Below are positions 62,581-64,000 of a DNA stretch of 64,000 nucleotides, piece by piece. The stretch comes from Vezdaea acicularis. Taxonomy: Eukaryota. The stretch lies in NCBI GenBank assembly GCA_026025075.1, contig JAPEUI010000043.1:62001-126000 (forward strand), written 5' to 3'. Numbering within the stretch: position 1 is the first letter of the stretch; the number at the start of each line of letters is the position of its first letter. Under the pieces are notes generated by a model that worked only from the letters and a program-made list of their open reading frames with translations, ran no database searches and was not told the origin of the DNA. The translations under genes were made by a program, and so were the position numbers.

Positions 62581-63301
62581 TATCGCGACCCTCTATCTTA
62601 CCCACTTCTTGCATAGCAGAGTCACTAGGACTCTTTTCTTTCTCTTTGTCATACACACATCACAGCATCTTTCATGCGAGCGTCCTTCAGCGCCTGGTTT
62701 CTCAGCCCTTTTGCATTCTCACCCTCATTCACTATACATATTCCTGTCATTGGGTTGGCGTTACACTCTTTCTTACGAAGACGGGACGACTGCGCTCGAT
62801 CGCGCCAGTCTTGACGATTGGAAGGAAAAACACTCCTCTAGGCGGGGGCAGGGCTAGGCAAGGAAAGCAGGGGAAAGAAGAAGACAGCTCTCAATGGATG
62901 GGTTCGAGGAGTGGCTGGCTTATGTGCGGCTGAGTGATGTTCGCTTCTAGCGGTCTTTGAATGAGTTATCGTCATCACGCATGCATGCCTTTCTTCTCTT
63001 CTTCGAATGTGGGATAGGCATGTCTGCATAGGTGATTGTATTATATCTCCAGAGCACAGAAATTCCTGCAAGCCAGGTTCCTGCTCAAGTCTGCTTCGCA
63101 ATGAATAGTCATATTTGGTAAAGCAGGAAAGCGATCTGCCTGTTACAGGATATTGAAGTATGGTGAAGCAGGGAGTGGTCTGTCTAACAGATGAAGGAGC
63201 AAGTGCTCGGCAAGAGGATGCATGAGAAATTAAAGTAGATAAGTGTGAAATACTGGAGCGCCAACTTTTTTCCACGGTTCACCATTCAGCAAGCCCCAAG
63301 C

Positions 63302-64000
63302 CTAATGTCTCCCGCTATTCACGCTAAAGGTTCTTTGCACCCTAACCCCCCTCTCCAAGTCCATCTGCTCAATCTCCGTCGGACTCCGCCGCGCATCCGT
63401 GAAGTTCCACGTCTCCTTTGGACTGAGTCTGTTCTGGTGGTCCTTGCGCTCGCTGTATGAGTATGCGCGCGATGATCCGTTCTGGCTGTCCGTCTGATTG
63501 GTTGAGGCCCAGCTCCCGAAAAGCTTGCGCCGGCTATCGGAGGGCTCAGACGCCGATGTACTGGGTGATTCTATGAGAGAGGAGGCGGCCCACATACTTG
63601 AGAGGGGCAGGAGGATCGCAACAAGGGTGAGAACGTTGGTAGATAGCTCAGCGGTAGTGGGGAAGGGGTATTGGAGGATAGCGAAGAGGGCTAGAGGGGT
63701 GTTCAGCGAAAGCGACAAGAATAGGAAAGATGGAATTGAAGGCTTACCAGGGATGACCATTGTCTGATAACCACCTATGAAGATGATTTTCATTGGCCCG
63801 TATTGACGAAGCTTCATCTTCCGTCGTTCGTTTAGCGCGAACCCTAGCTTGGTCGTGAATACGACAGAGAAAAAGCAGACGCTGATTGTAGTCGTTATGT
63901 TCGTTGCGCTTGCTAGCCAGACGTAAGGCAGGAAGACCTGCGCCAAGAGAATGGCTTTGGTGTTCTGTATGGATAGGAAGAGCCGGAATGCGATTGCGAC
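63302..64000 (-). CDS. STE2: Ste2-type alpha-factor pheromone receptor (GPCR), 3' portion
   Basis: KLGFALNERRKMKLRQYGPMKIIFIGGYQTMVIP (intron ~63747-63691) and TM7 TLVAILLPLSSMWAA, the Ste2 signature. The gene runs off the window end. Confidence 0.9.
   Translation of the reverse strand, partial: VAIAFRLFLSIQNTKAILLAQVFLPYVWLASATNITTTISVCFFSVVFTTKLGFALNERRKMKLRQYGPMKIIFIGGYQTMVIPGKPSIPSFLFLSLSLNTPLALFAILQYPFPTTAELSTNVLTLVAILLPLSSMWAASSLIESPSTSASEPSDSRRKLFGSWASTNQTDSQNGSSRAYSYSERKDHQNRLSPKETWNFTDARRSPTEIEQMDLERGVRVQRTFSVNSGRH

Noticed and set aside
1..64000. tRNA and rRNA genes
   Set aside because: The few GTTCGA-like hits (e.g. ~43051, ~47881) lack cloverleaf context, and no rRNA-like stretch was seen.

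Overview
Gene-dense stretch of a filamentous ascomycete (Pezizomycotina-type) nuclear genome. Introns are short (about 50-110 nt) with GT...CTRAC...YAG signals. About 25 protein-coding genes are recognisable, mostly housekeeping: OTU deubiquitinase (3' end), thiol/halide methyltransferase, DHA1 MFS transporter, a DUF7924-type protein, isocitrate lyase, dihydroorotase, a CCCH protein, MAF1, AP-1 sigma, GCL regulatory subunit, BUD32, SREBP (SrbA/Sre1), an HCS1/IGHMBP2 helicase, translin, GPI11, endonuclease III, NCE102, glutathione peroxidase, a SUN glucanase, a Pex24/28/29-family peroxin, a Pom1-like DYRK kinase and the 3' part of a Ste2 pheromone receptor. Three things stand out. (1) A complete U2 snRNA gene (~28833-29075) is split by a canonical 59-nt spliceosomal intron lying in the segment that forms U2/U6 helix I of the catalytic core. 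(2) An intact ~2735-aa gene has two sacsin/HSP90-like ATPase repeats and a C-terminal BTB domain, with an unusually long intron and relic-like flanking DNA. (3) Several GC-rich islands switch from C(A)-rich to G(T)-rich on the plus strand regardless of gene orientation. All calls come from reading motifs by eye; no searches were run.
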